Assembly (NCBI RefSeq): GCF_000011805.1
Contig: NC_006840.2
Reading direction: 5' to 3' (one strand)
Length of the DNA: 32,000 nt
From: Aliivibrio fischeri ES114
Lineage (GTDB): Bacteria; Pseudomonadota; Gammaproteobacteria; Enterobacterales; Vibrionaceae
Shown here: piece after piece, positions 1-9,457 of the stretch
Layout: every line of letters begins with the position of its first letter
Position numbering within the stretch: the first letter of the stretch is position 1
The notes under the pieces: generated by a model
Told to the model about the DNA's origin: nothing
Databases searched by the model: none
Seen by the model: the letters and a program-made list of their open reading frames with translations, nothing else
Made by a program: the position numbers and the translations under genes

Positions 1-274
1 TAAGACCATTGGTATGCGTGTACCGGATAATAAAATTGCTCTGGATCTGTTAGAGGCGTTAGGTGAGCCACTGATGTCTACAACATTGATTTTACCGGGT
101 AATGAAATGGCAGAATCCGATCCTGAAGCAATTCGAGATCAATTAGAACATGCCGTTGATTTAATTATGAATGGTGGTTATTTAGGTGAACAACCAACCA
201 CAGTAATCGACTTTAGTGATGATGATATTAAAATTGCTCGAGTTGGTGCTGGTGATCCAACACCGTTTGAATAA
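1..274 (+). CDS. yciO: YciO (Sua5/YciO/YrdC family), C-terminal part; 5' end outside window
   Basis: The frame is open from nt 2 (KTIGMRVPDNKIALDLLEALGEPLMSTTL...GGYLGEQPTTVIDFSDD). It is collinear with the C-terminus of enterobacterial YciO. Stop at 272-274, followed by a hairpin terminator. Confidence 0.85.
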   Translation, partial: KTIGMRVPDNKIALDLLEALGEPLMSTTLILPGNEMAESDPEAIRDQLEHAVDLIMNGGYLGEQPTTVIDFSDDDIKIARVGAGDPTPFE

Positions 275-292
275 TTAATAAATTATCGAAGT

Positions 293-321
293 AGCCAGAC
301 AGTTGTTCTGGCTATTTTTTT
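293..321. terminator. Rho-independent terminator between convergent yciO and sensor kinase genes
   Basis: Stem agccaga (293-299) pairs with tctggct (307-313). T-run at 315-321. Confidence 0.6.
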
Positions 322-328
322 ATCGGTG

Positions 329-2788
329 TTATAACCACTTATCTACGACCTGCAGTAATTGTGTTTTAGATACTGGTTTAGTTAAATACCCATCCATTAC
401 TTGCGTGATTGCACTGATTTCTTCGTGGCTAGATTCACCCGTTAGCGCAATAATAGGTAAATGAGGGTAGAGAATCTTGATTTTTTTAGCCGCATCTATT
501 CCATTCATTATCGGCATGCGAGAGTCCATAAAAATAAGATCGATCTTATTATTGGTTGCCATCTCTACGGCTTCTTCACCATTTTCTGCTTGTAGAAGCG
601 TTAAGTTATCTTTATTTATAAAAGTATGAATTAACATACGCTGTACTTTTTTATCATCTACAATTAATACTGTTTTAAGTGAATTGTCTTTATCTTTAAT
701 TAGTGGTGGGGAGCTTGGTTTGGTATTTAATGCGTTAATATTACCTTCTATACGAGGAAAGCTAAGGACAAATTCGGTGAATTCACCTTTGGTTGAATAA
801 CAAACTATGTTTCCCTCAAAGGCATGCATAACACGTAAGCAATAAGATAGTCCTAACCCACTGCCGCCTTTCTTATTATGAGTAAAGAAATCATCAAAGA
901 TATTAGGAAGAATGTGAGAATCAATTCCTGGGCCGGTATCTCTAAATATTAATTTATTGGTCGCAAATCCTCGAACTAATCGAATAGATATAGAACTTTT
1001 ATATTCATCAAAGTAATGTGTTGCATTCCTTAATAAATTAAAAAGTATGAATCCATATAGAGTATCATTGATATTTACGATGAAATCGTCTTCAAGATTC
1101 AGGGTTATTTTTTGTTTCATTTCTTCAGAGTCGAATACATATTCATCAATAATTTGTTGAGTTAACAGTGAAATTGAATAATGTTGGAATAGAGCATCAC
1201 TTATTGTTGTATTCTTTGCTTCACTAAGAATGATATCAATTAATTGCGCTCCTTTTTGAATCGCTAAACATCCTTGGTTTAATTCATTTTTTATCAGATC
1301 TTCTTGCTTTTCATGTTCAGTATTTTTTTGATAGTGATGTTTGATTTTTTCAAAATGATATTGAAGTTGTGATAATGGATTTCGCATCTCATGAGCAATA
1401 GAGTTAGCAAGAGCTTGTGATTGACGGACTTTTTGCTCACTTTCAATATAACCTTGAACCTTGGTTAACACCCATTGAATTGCTGAGATCTCTTCATTTG
1501 AAAAGGTTGCATTATCGTGTTTATTTGCTGAGATTAAGAAATGCGATATCAGCTTATTTTCACCAAAAATAGGTAAGATTAATGCGGTTTTGCTTTGATC
1601 CATTTTTTCTTGTACTTGATGAAGTGCTGAATTACCAGTTTCAAGAGCGTAATGGATTTGATAATCGAGCTCATCTTTAACTAGGGCGGAATGGCTTTCA
1701 TTTAAGTGCGGGATGAAAATATTGTAATTCGTGTTTTTTCCAATTAATAATAATTCTTCTTTTGGAGTATTTAGTATTGAGGCTAATTTTATGATGGCAT
1801 TACTGCTTGAGTATTTAAACTCCTCAGCTATCTTATATATTTTCTCAACGGGTGTTTGTTGATCTTTATATATAATAATAGATGCTATCTTTTTTGATTT
1901 TTTAAGTGTTTTATCCCAAAACAGTCCGGTTATTATAATTGATAAAGCATAAACATAGAATAAGTTAGGGTTACTTGATGAACTATAAATAATTACAATA
2001 GGGGTTATATACAATATTAAATTTATTGAATATGAGAGTGACCAGAATAATAGATATTTAAAACTATATAGTCGATGATAAAGTAGAGTGTAACCAATTA
2101 ATAAAGCTTCTGTGACTGATAAGGTTGGAGGTAGCCATGTATATGAAAAATCTGCCCATATGACAGGGATGATAATTTGAGAAGCAATGGTTGAGATCAT
2201 GTAAATAAATATCCCAATCATTAGATAAACAGATTTTTCTTTATTAAGTTTTATATTACTTTTTCTAAGTTTAAAGAAATTAATACTGGTTAGAATTACA
2301 AACAAAAATGCGTTTAGGAAAAACAAAGGAGCAAAGGGCCCGAACTCAATGGTGAATACGCTAGGAGCTTGAATTGTCACTCCTATAACCGTTAAGTTAG
2401 GGATAACATTCACAATTAGTGCGACAAGTGTTGTTATGCTTGTTAAGCCAAACTGCCATTTAGAGAGTCTTTTGTCTGAGTGTTTTGATGCTAAACGACA
2501 TGAAAATAGAAAAGCAAACGCAAATGCTAGATACGAAGTCATATTGGCAAAAAGTGCCATGAAAATAGCTACGGATTCATCGAAATAAGTGAGTAATGGT
2601 GATTGAAAGTAGGCGTTACTTAGTATCCATAGAATAATAAAGAACGCATAAAAAATGTATGATGAATAAATGTAAGGGTTTACCTTTGTCCGCTCTCTAT
2701 ATAGAGAGCGGATAAAATACCCTACCCAAAGCAAGATGATTGCTGAGGTTGTCAGTAGTAAATAAACTTTAGGTAAAGTAGTTAACAT
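329..2788 (-). CDS. ainR: Hybrid sensor histidine kinase with multi-TM N-terminal sensor (LuxN/AinR-type acyl-HSL receptor kinase candidate)
   Basis: 819-aa ORF. The first ~280 aa form about 8-9 hydrophobic helices. H-box IAHEMRNPLSQL, N-box LLRNATHYF, G-boxes DTGPGI and GGSGLGLSY. C-terminal receiver domain (LIVDDKKV...FMDSRMP...LTKPV). The kinase call is firm. The AinR/LuxN assignment is inferred from size, architecture and pairing with the upstream ~380-aa gene. Confidence 0.6.
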   Translation of the reverse strand: MLTTLPKVYLLLTTSAIILLWVGYFIRSLYRERTKVNPYIYSSYIFYAFFIILWILSNAYFQSPLLTYFDESVAIFMALFANMTSYLAFAFAFLFSCRLASKHSDKRLSKWQFGLTSITTLVALIVNVIPNLTVIGVTIQAPSVFTIEFGPFAPLFFLNAFLFVILTSINFFKLRKSNIKLNKEKSVYLMIGIFIYMISTIASQIIIPVIWADFSYTWLPPTLSVTEALLIGYTLLYHRLYSFKYLLFWSLSYSINLILYITPIVIIYSSSSNPNLFYVYALSIIITGLFWDKTLKKSKKIASIIIYKDQQTPVEKIYKIAEEFKYSSSNAIIKLASILNTPKEELLLIGKNTNYNIFIPHLNESHSALVKDELDYQIHYALETGNSALHQVQEKMDQSKTALILPIFGENKLISHFLISANKHDNATFSNEEISAIQWVLTKVQGYIESEQKVRQSQALANSIAHEMRNPLSQLQYHFEKIKHHYQKNTEHEKQEDLIKNELNQGCLAIQKGAQLIDIILSEAKNTTISDALFQHYSISLLTQQIIDEYVFDSEEMKQKITLNLEDDFIVNINDTLYGFILFNLLRNATHYFDEYKSSISIRLVRGFATNKLIFRDTGPGIDSHILPNIFDDFFTHNKKGGSGLGLSYCLRVMHAFEGNIVCYSTKGEFTEFVLSFPRIEGNINALNTKPSSPPLIKDKDNSLKTVLIVDDKKVQRMLIHTFINKDNLTLLQAENGEEAVEMATNNKIDLIFMDSRMPIMNGIDAAKKIKILYPHLPIIALTGESSHEEISAITQVMDGYLTKPVSKTQLLQVVDKWL

Positions 2789-2799
2789 TTATATAAAAC

Positions 2800-3942
2800 T
2801 CACTGATTTCGAAGTTTTTTTCTTAGGCTTATAATATTAGCATTGTATGCCTTAAAACTATATTGATTGAAAGCAGATGATGCATTTTTTAAAAGCCAGA
2901 TCCCTTTATAAGTGATTATTCCTGATTTATTTACATCTTGCTCACTTGTGAAAACATAAGGAGATTGAGTTGGTGTCAGTAAATTCATCGATTGATAAAA
3001 TAATACCATTGCTGGTTTTTCTATTATCGTGAATACAATATCTCTTCCACTTTCCTTTAAAGCCATAGCCAATCCTTTTTGTGCTAAATACAGATGATAG
3101 TTAGCTTTAGATTTCTCCCCACTAATAGTAAGTCGAATCGCTTCACATGCCTTTGTTTTATCTAAGATAGAATAAAATAAGTCATTTTCGATTTCGGTAC
3201 TGCTTTTATCAACAAAGTGTGACCTTGCTAACGGACTCATGAATGTCGCATGGGAAAGAGATAACAGTCCATCAGCGTTGAGGTTTGGTTTCCATTTGGT
3301 ATTTTGAAAGAAAGTGTCGAAAAAGAGCCAGTCATGCTTATTCGATGTGGTTTGGATTAAGGCAGATGAAATAATGGTTGGATAGATATTGTTGTCAGTA
3401 TATTGATAGAGAATAAAATGCTCTCCTTTGGACGAAATTTCTAGATGATTTAGCATTTCATACCACTTGTGTTCTTTAATGAAGGTTGCGATATTAATGA
3501 GTACAATGGCATCTGAAAGAGGAAGGGGGTGTTCGCTAAATTCAGTGTGGAAATAACGTTCGTCTGTTGAGATATCTTGAACCAGTTCGTAATGATATTT
3601 TTCATCAATAATGGCTGAGGTACTGTTTTTTTTCGTTACATCTAGATGACGATGAAGTACAGATATTGGTTTATGAATAAGTTTAAACATTTCAAATTCA
3701 GTACTGCATTTCAAAAGACAACCAAAAACTTTGATAGCCATTTGCTCTATATGAAAATAGACCTTAGGTAATGAACTACAAGGTTGTTTTCCTAAGATTT
3801 CTGCCGCTTCTGATGTTGAAAATAAGTATTCCAAATTTCCAATCGTTCCGCCTTCAAATTTATTCAAAATGATTCGTTCTCTTGCATTGATCAGTTGTTG
3901 AAGTAAATTAAAATTCTGCGTTTGAGAACAATAATCGTACAA
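2800..3942 (-). CDS. ainS: Hypothetical 380-aa protein co-transcribed with the hybrid kinase; LuxM/AinS-family acyl-HSL synthase candidate
   Basis: Long ORF in very AT-rich DNA, on the same strand as the kinase with an 11-nt gap. I can name no motif. The size and the position directly upstream of a LuxN-type kinase fit the luxM-luxN / ainS-ainR arrangement. The ORF-track start is a TTG without a good SD (see the T8-tract finding). Confidence 0.5.
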   Translation of the reverse strand: MYDYCSQTQNFNLLQQLINARERIILNKFEGGTIGNLEYLFSTSEAAEILGKQPCSSLPKVYFHIEQMAIKVFGCLLKCSTEFEMFKLIHKPISVLHRHLDVTKKNSTSAIIDEKYHYELVQDISTDERYFHTEFSEHPLPLSDAIVLINIATFIKEHKWYEMLNHLEISSKGEHFILYQYTDNNIYPTIISSALIQTTSNKHDWLFFDTFFQNTKWKPNLNADGLLSLSHATFMSPLARSHFVDKSSTEIENDLFYSILDKTKACEAIRLTISGEKSKANYHLYLAQKGLAMALKESGRDIVFTIIEKPAMVLFYQSMNLLTPTQSPYVFTSEQDVNKSGIITYKGIWLLKNASSAFNQYSFKAYNANIISLRKKLRNQ

Positions 3943-4322
3943 CTCTTTTATAAATTCATATTGCAGGTTTTTTTTCGACTATCTCTTCGTGAGAGATAGA
4001 TGGAAGTGTATTTAAAAGAAGTGTGAAGTTTTTCATAATACTACCTTATTGATTGATAAGTCATTAAAATTGCTGAGGAAATTACTTTCTCAGCATAATC
4101 AGTATAGTAAAAATAGGTAGTGGTGTTATGAGTACTTTGCGTGTCTTACGACAAAAATTAAAATTAAATTTTGATTAAATTCTTACCGCTTATTAGTAAC
4201 AATATTGTATAATCACGCTTCATAGAATTTGATAGTGATTAAGAGTGAAGGATTATCTATTCATCCTCTTGATTAATAAGAAGTTAATTGACGCCTGTGA
4301 AGGCGACATAAAAAGGTAAAGA

Positions 4323-5387
4323 ATGAGCGAAAAATTACAGAAAGTATTAGCACGAGCAGGTCTTGGTTCTCGTCGTGAGCTAGAAACCATGATTCAAGCT
4401 GGTCGTGTTAGTGTTGATGGTCAGAGAGCAAAATTAGGCGACCGCCTAGAAAACGTGGATGCTAAAATCCGTATTGATGGCCATGTCGTATCGGTTAAAG
4501 AGTCAACTGATGTGATCTGTCGAGTACTTGCCTATCATAAACCTGAAGGTGAGCTATGTACACGTCATGACCCTGAAGGTCGTCGTACTGTATTTGATCG
4601 TTTACCAAAAATTCGTGATTCTCGTTGGGTATCAGTTGGCCGTTTGGATGCTAATACCGCTGGTTTATTGCTTTTCACTACAGATGGTGAATTAGCAAAC
4701 CGTTTGATGCACCCAAGTCGTAAAGTTGAACGTGAATACATGTGTCGTGTATTTGGTGAAATTAACGAGAAAATGATTCGTAATCTAGTTACTGGTGTAA
4801 AACTAGAAGACGGTGAAGCGCGTTTTGAAGATGTAATGTACGCCGGCGGTGAAGGTATGAACCATACTTTCTACGTTGTTATTAATGAAGGCCGTAACCG
4901 TGAAGTACGTCGTTTATGGGATTCGCAAGGTGTAACGGTAAGTCGTCTAAAACGTGTTCGTTACGGTGATATCTTCCTTGAGAAAGCTTTACCACGTGGT
5001 GGTTGGATGGAGCTTGAACTTAAAGAAGTTAACTACCTACGTGAGATGGTTGAATTACCGCCAGAGAAAGAAAGTCTACTTGATGTAGATAAAGAGTCTC
5101 GTAAGCGTGCTAAATCAAAAACTCAAAAGATCCGTCGTGCTGTTAAGCGTTATGATGAGCGTTCAACAGAGGAGCGTAATACTCCAGCGGGTCGTCGTGG
5201 CCGCAACAATAAAAAACCAGTTGGTAGTTCACTGCCTTCAGCAAAACGTGGCTCTAATAATGGGGATAGCCAACCTTCTGGTAAGCCACAATCTAAAGGT
5301 AAAAAACCAGCAGCTGGTCAAAAACCAGTAAGAAGTAAGTTTTCACCAAACGGTAAAGCGCCAAAGTCTAAACCTAGACAGCGTTAA
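4323..5387 (+). CDS. rluB: 23S rRNA pseudouridine synthase RluB
   Basis: N-terminal S4 domain ([21 protein letters not shown]). RsuA/RluB catalytic core ([26 protein letters not shown]). Lys/Arg/Gly-rich C-terminal tail. Syntenic with yciK and sohB. Confidence 0.92.
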   Translation: MSEKLQKVLARAGLGSRRELETMIQAGRVSVDGQRAKLGDRLENVDAKIRIDGHVVSVKESTDVICRVLAYHKPEGELCTRHDPEGRRTVFDRLPKIRDSRWVSVGRLDANTAGLLLFTTDGELANRLMHPSRKVEREYMCRVFGEINEKMIRNLVTGVKLEDGEARFEDVMYAGGEGMNHTFYVVINEGRNREVRRLWDSQGVTVSRLKRVRYGDIFLEKALPRGGWMELELKEVNYLREMVELPPEKESLLDVDKESRKRAKSKTQKIRRAVKRYDERSTEERNTPAGRRGRNNKKPVGSSLPSAKRGSNNGDSQPSGKPQSKGKKPAAGQKPVRSKFSPNGKAPKSKPRQR

Positions 5388-5420
5388 TTGCATCGTTAAA
5401 AACACTTAGATGAATAATAA

Positions 5421-5453
5421 AAGGGTTGTACCGTAAGGTAGCAACCCTTTTTT
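5421..5453. terminator. Bidirectional rho-independent terminator (rluB / yciK convergent)
   Basis: Stem aagggttg (5421-5428) pairs with caaccctt (5442-5449). Inner stem tacc/ggta. A-run upstream and T-run downstream. Confidence 0.7.
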
Positions 5454-5471
5454 GTTCGTCTCTTTAAAAAT

Positions 5472-6233
5472 TTATTTTGGCTGAGCATCAATACATTGAC
5501 TGTGTACGTTAACGCCTTCTGGTGCCATTAAATACACATAAAGAGGCATAATGTCTTTTGGTGTTTTAAGTAAACTAATATCTTCAGCTGGAAAAGCTTG
5601 AGCACGCATACGAGTGTGTGTGCCACCAGGATTGATAGCATTCACTTTTACAGTCGTTCCTTCCATTTCATGCGCCAGTGTCTGCATCATACCTTCTGTT
5701 GCGAATTTGGAGATAGCATAGGCTCCCCAGAATGCTCGCCCTTGGTGTCCAACTGTTGAAGTGGTAAAGACAATTCGAGCATCATCAGATTGTTGTAAAA
5801 CAGGAAGTAGGGCTTGTGTCATCAAAAATTGAGCTTTGACATTGATCTGCATGACTTCATCAAAAATGGATTCTTCAAATTGTTCAAACGGACTAAGCAT
5901 ACCCAATAGGCCAGCATTATGAAGAAGGCCATCTAGCTTTCCAAATTGGCTTTGAATGGTTTCAGCCATGTCAACGTAGTGCTGTTTGGTGGCACCTTTT
6001 AAATCTAAAGGAACAATTGCAGGTGTTGGGTAGCCTGCTGCTTCAATCTCATCATAGACCGCTTCTAATTTAGCGACAGTGCGCCCTAATAAAATAACGG
6101 TAGCACCATGTTGAGCATAATGTAAGGCGGCTTGTTTACCAATACCATCACCAGCACCAGTAACTAAAATAACTTTATTTTTTAATGCGTCAGAAGAAAC
6201 CTGATAATCCACTCTGTAATCCTTGTATTTCAA
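5472..6233 (-). CDS. yciK: YciK-family short-chain dehydrogenase/reductase
   Basis: VTGAGDGIG NAD(P)-binding motif and YAISKFATEG catalytic YxxxK. Collinear with E. coli YciK over its full length. Conserved position next to sohB. Confidence 0.88.
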   Translation of the reverse strand: MKYKDYRVDYQVSSDALKNKVILVTGAGDGIGKQAALHYAQHGATVILLGRTVAKLEAVYDEIEAAGYPTPAIVPLDLKGATKQHYVDMAETIQSQFGKLDGLLHNAGLLGMLSPFEQFEESIFDEVMQINVKAQFLMTQALLPVLQQSDDARIVFTTSTVGHQGRAFWGAYAISKFATEGMMQTLAHEMEGTTVKVNAINPGGTHTRMRAQAFPAEDISLLKTPKDIMPLYVYLMAPEGVNVHSQCIDAQPK

Positions 6234-6375
6234 CGTTCACCTTGAGAAATTTTTACAAATTTGTATTGTAAGTTGATGTAAAAATGCGCGTTTAGTGCGA
6301 TTTATTATCATAATGTGAACTAACTTCGAGTTAAGTCGAGTACAATACACGAAACATACTTAAGAGGGTATTACA

Positions 6376-7437
6376 TTGGAATTTTTGTTTGATTACGGTC
6401 TCTTTTTAGCAAAGATCGCCACCGTTGTTGTTTCTATTATTGCCATTTTAGTTGCAGCTAAAGCAGTGGGTGGTAAATCGACTGGTGCGAAAGGTGAATT
6501 AGAGGTAACTAACTTAACTGAGCAGTATAAAGATACTGTTGTGGAGTTAGAACATCATTTATTTGATGATGCAGAGTTAAAAGCGCGAGCTAAGGCCGAA
6601 AAGAAAGCAGAAAAAGAAACGGAAAAAGCAAAACAAAAAGAGATTAAGCAAGCTGCAAAATCTGGTGAGCTTGAATTAAAACGTGATGCCCGTTTATTTG
6701 TCTTAGATTTTAATGGCAGTATCGATGCGAAAGAAGTAGCAGCGCTACGTGAGGAAGTATCAGCTATCTTAGCGGTTGCTATTGAAGGCGACGAAGTACT
6801 TTTACGTCTTGAAAGTGGTGGTGGTATGGTTCATGGTTATGGCCTTGCTTCATCTCAACTTGATCGCTTACGTGATGCGAATATTAAATTAACGATTTCT
6901 GTTGATAAAGTTGCGGCATCAGGTGGTTATATGATGGCGTGTATTGGCGAAAAAATCATTGCTGCACCGTTTGCAATCGTTGGCTCGATTGGTGTTGTTG
7001 CTCAGTTGCCAAATTTCAATAAATTATTGAAGAAAAATGATATTGAATTTGAGCAATTAACCGCTGGTGAATACAAACGTACCCTAACAATGTTTGGCGA
7101 AAATAGCGATAAAGCACGTGAAAAATTCCAACTAGAATTGGAAGAAACTCATGTTTTATTTAAAGATTTTATTCGTGAACATCGTTCAGAGCTAGATCTG
7201 GAAAAAGTAGCAACAGGCGAGCATTGGTTTGGTAAACAAGCGTTAGAGTTAGGTCTAATTGATGAGATTCAAACGTCGGATGATTATTTAACAAAAGCGT
7301 GTAAAGATCGTGAAGTTTTAGCGATTCATTACGTTCAAAAGAAAAAGTTAAGCGATAAAATTGCGGGGATTGCAGGTCAGTCTGCGGAGAACGTATTTAT
7401 GCGTTTAATTAGCAAAGGTCAGCGACCGATTGTTTAA
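6376..7437 (+). CDS. sohB: SohB, inner-membrane S49-family peptidase
   Basis: TTG start. N-terminus (M)EFLFDYGLFLAKI matches the SohB N-terminus. S49 core motif AASGGYMMAC. Confidence 0.9.
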   Translation: MEFLFDYGLFLAKIATVVVSIIAILVAAKAVGGKSTGAKGELEVTNLTEQYKDTVVELEHHLFDDAELKARAKAEKKAEKETEKAKQKEIKQAAKSGELELKRDARLFVLDFNGSIDAKEVAALREEVSAILAVAIEGDEVLLRLESGGGMVHGYGLASSQLDRLRDANIKLTISVDKVAASGGYMMACIGEKIIAAPFAIVGSIGVVAQLPNFNKLLKKNDIEFEQLTAGEYKRTLTMFGENSDKAREKFQLELEETHVLFKDFIREHRSELDLEKVATGEHWFGKQALELGLIDEIQTSDDYLTKACKDREVLAIHYVQKKKLSDKIAGIAGQSAENVFMRLISKGQRPIV

Positions 7438-7509
7438 TTTTTGATGCAAGAAAGCGCATTAATTTAGACCATATCTGTTCAGTGATTTACAGGATAGATA
7501 TGACAAAAA

Positions 7510-7533
7510 AGGCTGAGATTTCAGTCTTATTTG
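7510..7533 (+). terminator. Probable sohB terminator hairpin
   Basis: Stem aggctga (7510-7516) pairs with tcagtct (7521-7527) with one mismatch. Followed by tatttg. Confidence 0.4.
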
Positions 7534-7609
7534 AGATTTTAATGCTTTGATTTATATTGTAACCTAGACTTATATCGCCACAAATTGCCCACATTCTGTT
7601 AGGAATAAA

Positions 7610-7638
7610 GCCGTACATATAGCATGTGCGGCTTTTTT
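7610..7638 (+). terminator. Strong orphan rho-independent terminator with no ORF in front of it
   Basis: Stem gccgtacat (7610-7618) pairs with atgtgcggc (7624-7632): 9 bp including one G-U. T6 run at 7633-7638. It lies immediately after a GTTAGGA core-like heptamer (7598-7604). Confidence 0.55.
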
Positions 7639-7803
7639 ATAGATGATTTTTACTAAATTAACTTAGTGAAAATAGTAAATTTGGGCTAAATTAGTAAATT
7701 TAAAACAATTAACGATATGCTATTCTGTATTTAGGGTGCGGTTTAATTTATACTTTACTATGAATCTGATTTGTATAATAAAATGTTATATGCAAGGAGT
7801 AAA

Positions 7804-8220
7804 ATGGAACAGATATTCAATAACTTAACATCACTTGATTGGTGGTTTACTGGTATTTTCTTTGTACTTGTTGGCTTGTTCTTTAATTGGTTATTCAAGT
7901 GGTTTCCATCTACATTTAAAAAGTTAAATAGGAATAATCGAGCTAAGCGATTGAAAAAAATTAGGCACTTAAGATGGAGTCAATCAGAAATTAATTATGA
8001 AATAAGCAAAGCAACTGGTCGCTTTGTTGTTTTTTGCATAATTTGCCTCAGCTACTTAAGTTGGTTAGCTTATAAACCGGTTCAAAATATCTTTGATTTA
8101 CATATTATTGTTGGGTTAATTTTTTCATTACCGCATCTATATTCATGGAATTTCTGTGGCTTAACCAAGCATGCTAAAGTTAAAGCACTTCAATCAGGTT
8201 GCAACGAAAATTGCGTATAA
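7804..8220 (+). CDS. Hypothetical small membrane protein (about 3 TM helices), first gene of array
   Basis: AGGAG at 7795-7799 precedes ATG 7804, which is in frame with the ORF-track start at 7771. Hydrophobic segments include WWFTGIFFVLVGLFFNWLF, FVVFCIICLSYLSWLAY and IIVGLIFSL. The stop TAA is embedded in the attC-1 inverse core. Confidence 0.6.
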   Translation: MEQIFNNLTSLDWWFTGIFFVLVGLFFNWLFKWFPSTFKKLNRNNRAKRLKKIRHLRWSQSEINYEISKATGRFVVFCIICLSYLSWLAYKPVQNIFDLHIIVGLIFSLPHLYSWNFCGLTKHAKVKALQSGCNENCV

Positions 8221-8325
8221 CAAAGCCATCACCGCGCATGCTTCATAATATTCGGCGTTTCTGGTTTGACAGTATAATTGGTTTGGAAGGTGCAGTCGTC
8301 AGCACGTGTTATGGCGGCGTTAAAT
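8215..8325 (+). repeat. attC-1 (family C, ~105-111 bp)
   Basis: Inverse core GTATAAC at 8215-8221 and core GTTAAAT at 8319-8325. The internal sequence is closely related to attC-7 (shared agtataattggtttggaa...gcacgtgttat.gcggc). Confidence 0.8.
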
Positions 8326-8340
8326 TCATTTGGAGATATT

Positions 8341-9291
8341 GTGCTGAAAGAAACAAAAATTGAACACCCGTATTTAGGAAAGTTGTCTTCAAATGCGTAT
8401 GTTAGCGCTCTTGGTAATGTTATCGAAACTTTGTCGATACATTTGACGCAATCAGAAATTAATGCACTAAAAAAGAAACTACAATTAACAACAAAAAACT
8501 TTAATGAGCCGCAATATCTTCAAACTGCGTGTGAGTTAAGTGTTTGTGCCTACTTTGCAGAAAAATTTAGTCAGGGATTTAAATACGAAGATAAAGTAAA
8601 CCCACCAAAAGATGTTGATTGTTCAGTTTATCATGATTATGCAAAATATAACATAGAGGTAAAATGCGCTACATTTTCTGATGATGAGAAACTAAAGAGT
8701 GAAGACTGCTTTAGGATGAGTGCCATAGGTAGAATGGAAGAGTACCCAGACTTAATTGAAAAACTTAGTGATGTGTTTTCAACTTCACCTAGTGGAAAGC
8801 CGTTGAAGGTATATAAGCACAAAGATAATAATCTTAAAGACTTTCTTATTAGTGCACATGAAAAGTTTTCAGATGAGGTTTACTGTGACATTGTTAATAT
8901 ACTTTGGGTGTGCTGTGACGATCCAATGGATATGACGAAGTGGACAGGTTACTTAACTGGTCTAAATGGTTTGTTTACATCTGATTCTTTCGTGGATCGA
9001 AATTTGTATAGTAAAGTTGATGTTGTTGTACTCTCCAACCTTTATCATCGCCATGCTAAATATCAGACTAAAAAAAATCTGGAAAATTATTGGAGTGTAG
9101 ATTCGTCGTTTAACATTATGTTTTGTAATCCGGGTCGATTGTCAAATAAAGAAATAGCAATTAAAAAATTCTACGAAATAGTACCTAATTTTTGTAAAGA
9201 AGTGATGGATTATGATGCTCCAGATCCATTAAAGCTTTCTGCATTTGTTGTTCATGAGTTAAAGGGGAAAGGGTTGTATTATTTCGATTAA
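8341..9291 (+). CDS. Hypothetical protein with PD-(D/E)xK nuclease-like motif arrangement
   Basis: The ORF-track start at 8278 lies inside attC-1. In-frame GTG 8341 follows GGAGA (8333-8337); ATG 8311 is an alternative. Motif series: TACELSVCAYF ... PPKDVDCSV ... YNIEVKC (E, D, ExK). Confidence 0.6.
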   Translation: MLKETKIEHPYLGKLSSNAYVSALGNVIETLSIHLTQSEINALKKKLQLTTKNFNEPQYLQTACELSVCAYFAEKFSQGFKYEDKVNPPKDVDCSVYHDYAKYNIEVKCATFSDDEKLKSEDCFRMSAIGRMEEYPDLIEKLSDVFSTSPSGKPLKVYKHKDNNLKDFLISAHEKFSDEVYCDIVNILWVCCDDPMDMTKWTGYLTGLNGLFTSDSFVDRNLYSKVDVVVLSNLYHRHAKYQTKKNLENYWSVDSSFNIMFCNPGRLSNKEIAIKKFYEIVPNFCKEVMDYDAPDPLKLSAFVVHELKGKGLYYFD

Positions 9292-9298
9292 AAAATGA

Positions 9299-9423
9299 AT
9301 TTAACAAATGCATCAATACGATTTATTACACTCGGCATCCCAAGTTGTCGGGTGTTTCTCGTTTTAAGGCGTCAATATTAAGTATATTTGCATAGTAGTA
9401 AACGTGTTATGCAGGCGTTAGGC
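9299..9423 (+). repeat. attC-2 (family A, 125 bp)
   Basis: Inverse core ATTTAAC at 9299-9305 and core GTTAGGC at 9417-9423. Near-identical to attC-3. Confidence 0.9.
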
Positions 9424-9457
9424 GATTTTAAGTAGTATATAACTAGAGGTATGATTA

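Noticed and set aside
5107-5331. 74-aa + strand ORF inside rluB
   Set aside because: It is an alternative frame of the Lys/Arg-rich rluB tail, with no independent start signals.
7500-7550. 16-codon ORF (MTKKAEISVLFEILML) after sohB
   Set aside because: It overlaps the sohB terminator hairpin, has no SD, and is too short to support.
7438-8220. Search for an integron integrase (intI) or canonical attI next to the first cassette
   Set aside because: There is no ORF with tyrosine-recombinase motifs on either strand between sohB and the first cassette gene. The only recombinase-like sequence in the window is the 3' fragment at 17084-17352. It is at the wrong end, in the wrong orientation, and phage-type rather than IntI-like.
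8278-8340. ORF-track N-terminal extensions that begin inside attC sites (8278, 13026, 15452, and partly 13779)
   Set aside because: The extensions simply translate the attC repeat. Better-supported in-frame starts with SD sequences lie just downstream of the cassette boundary.
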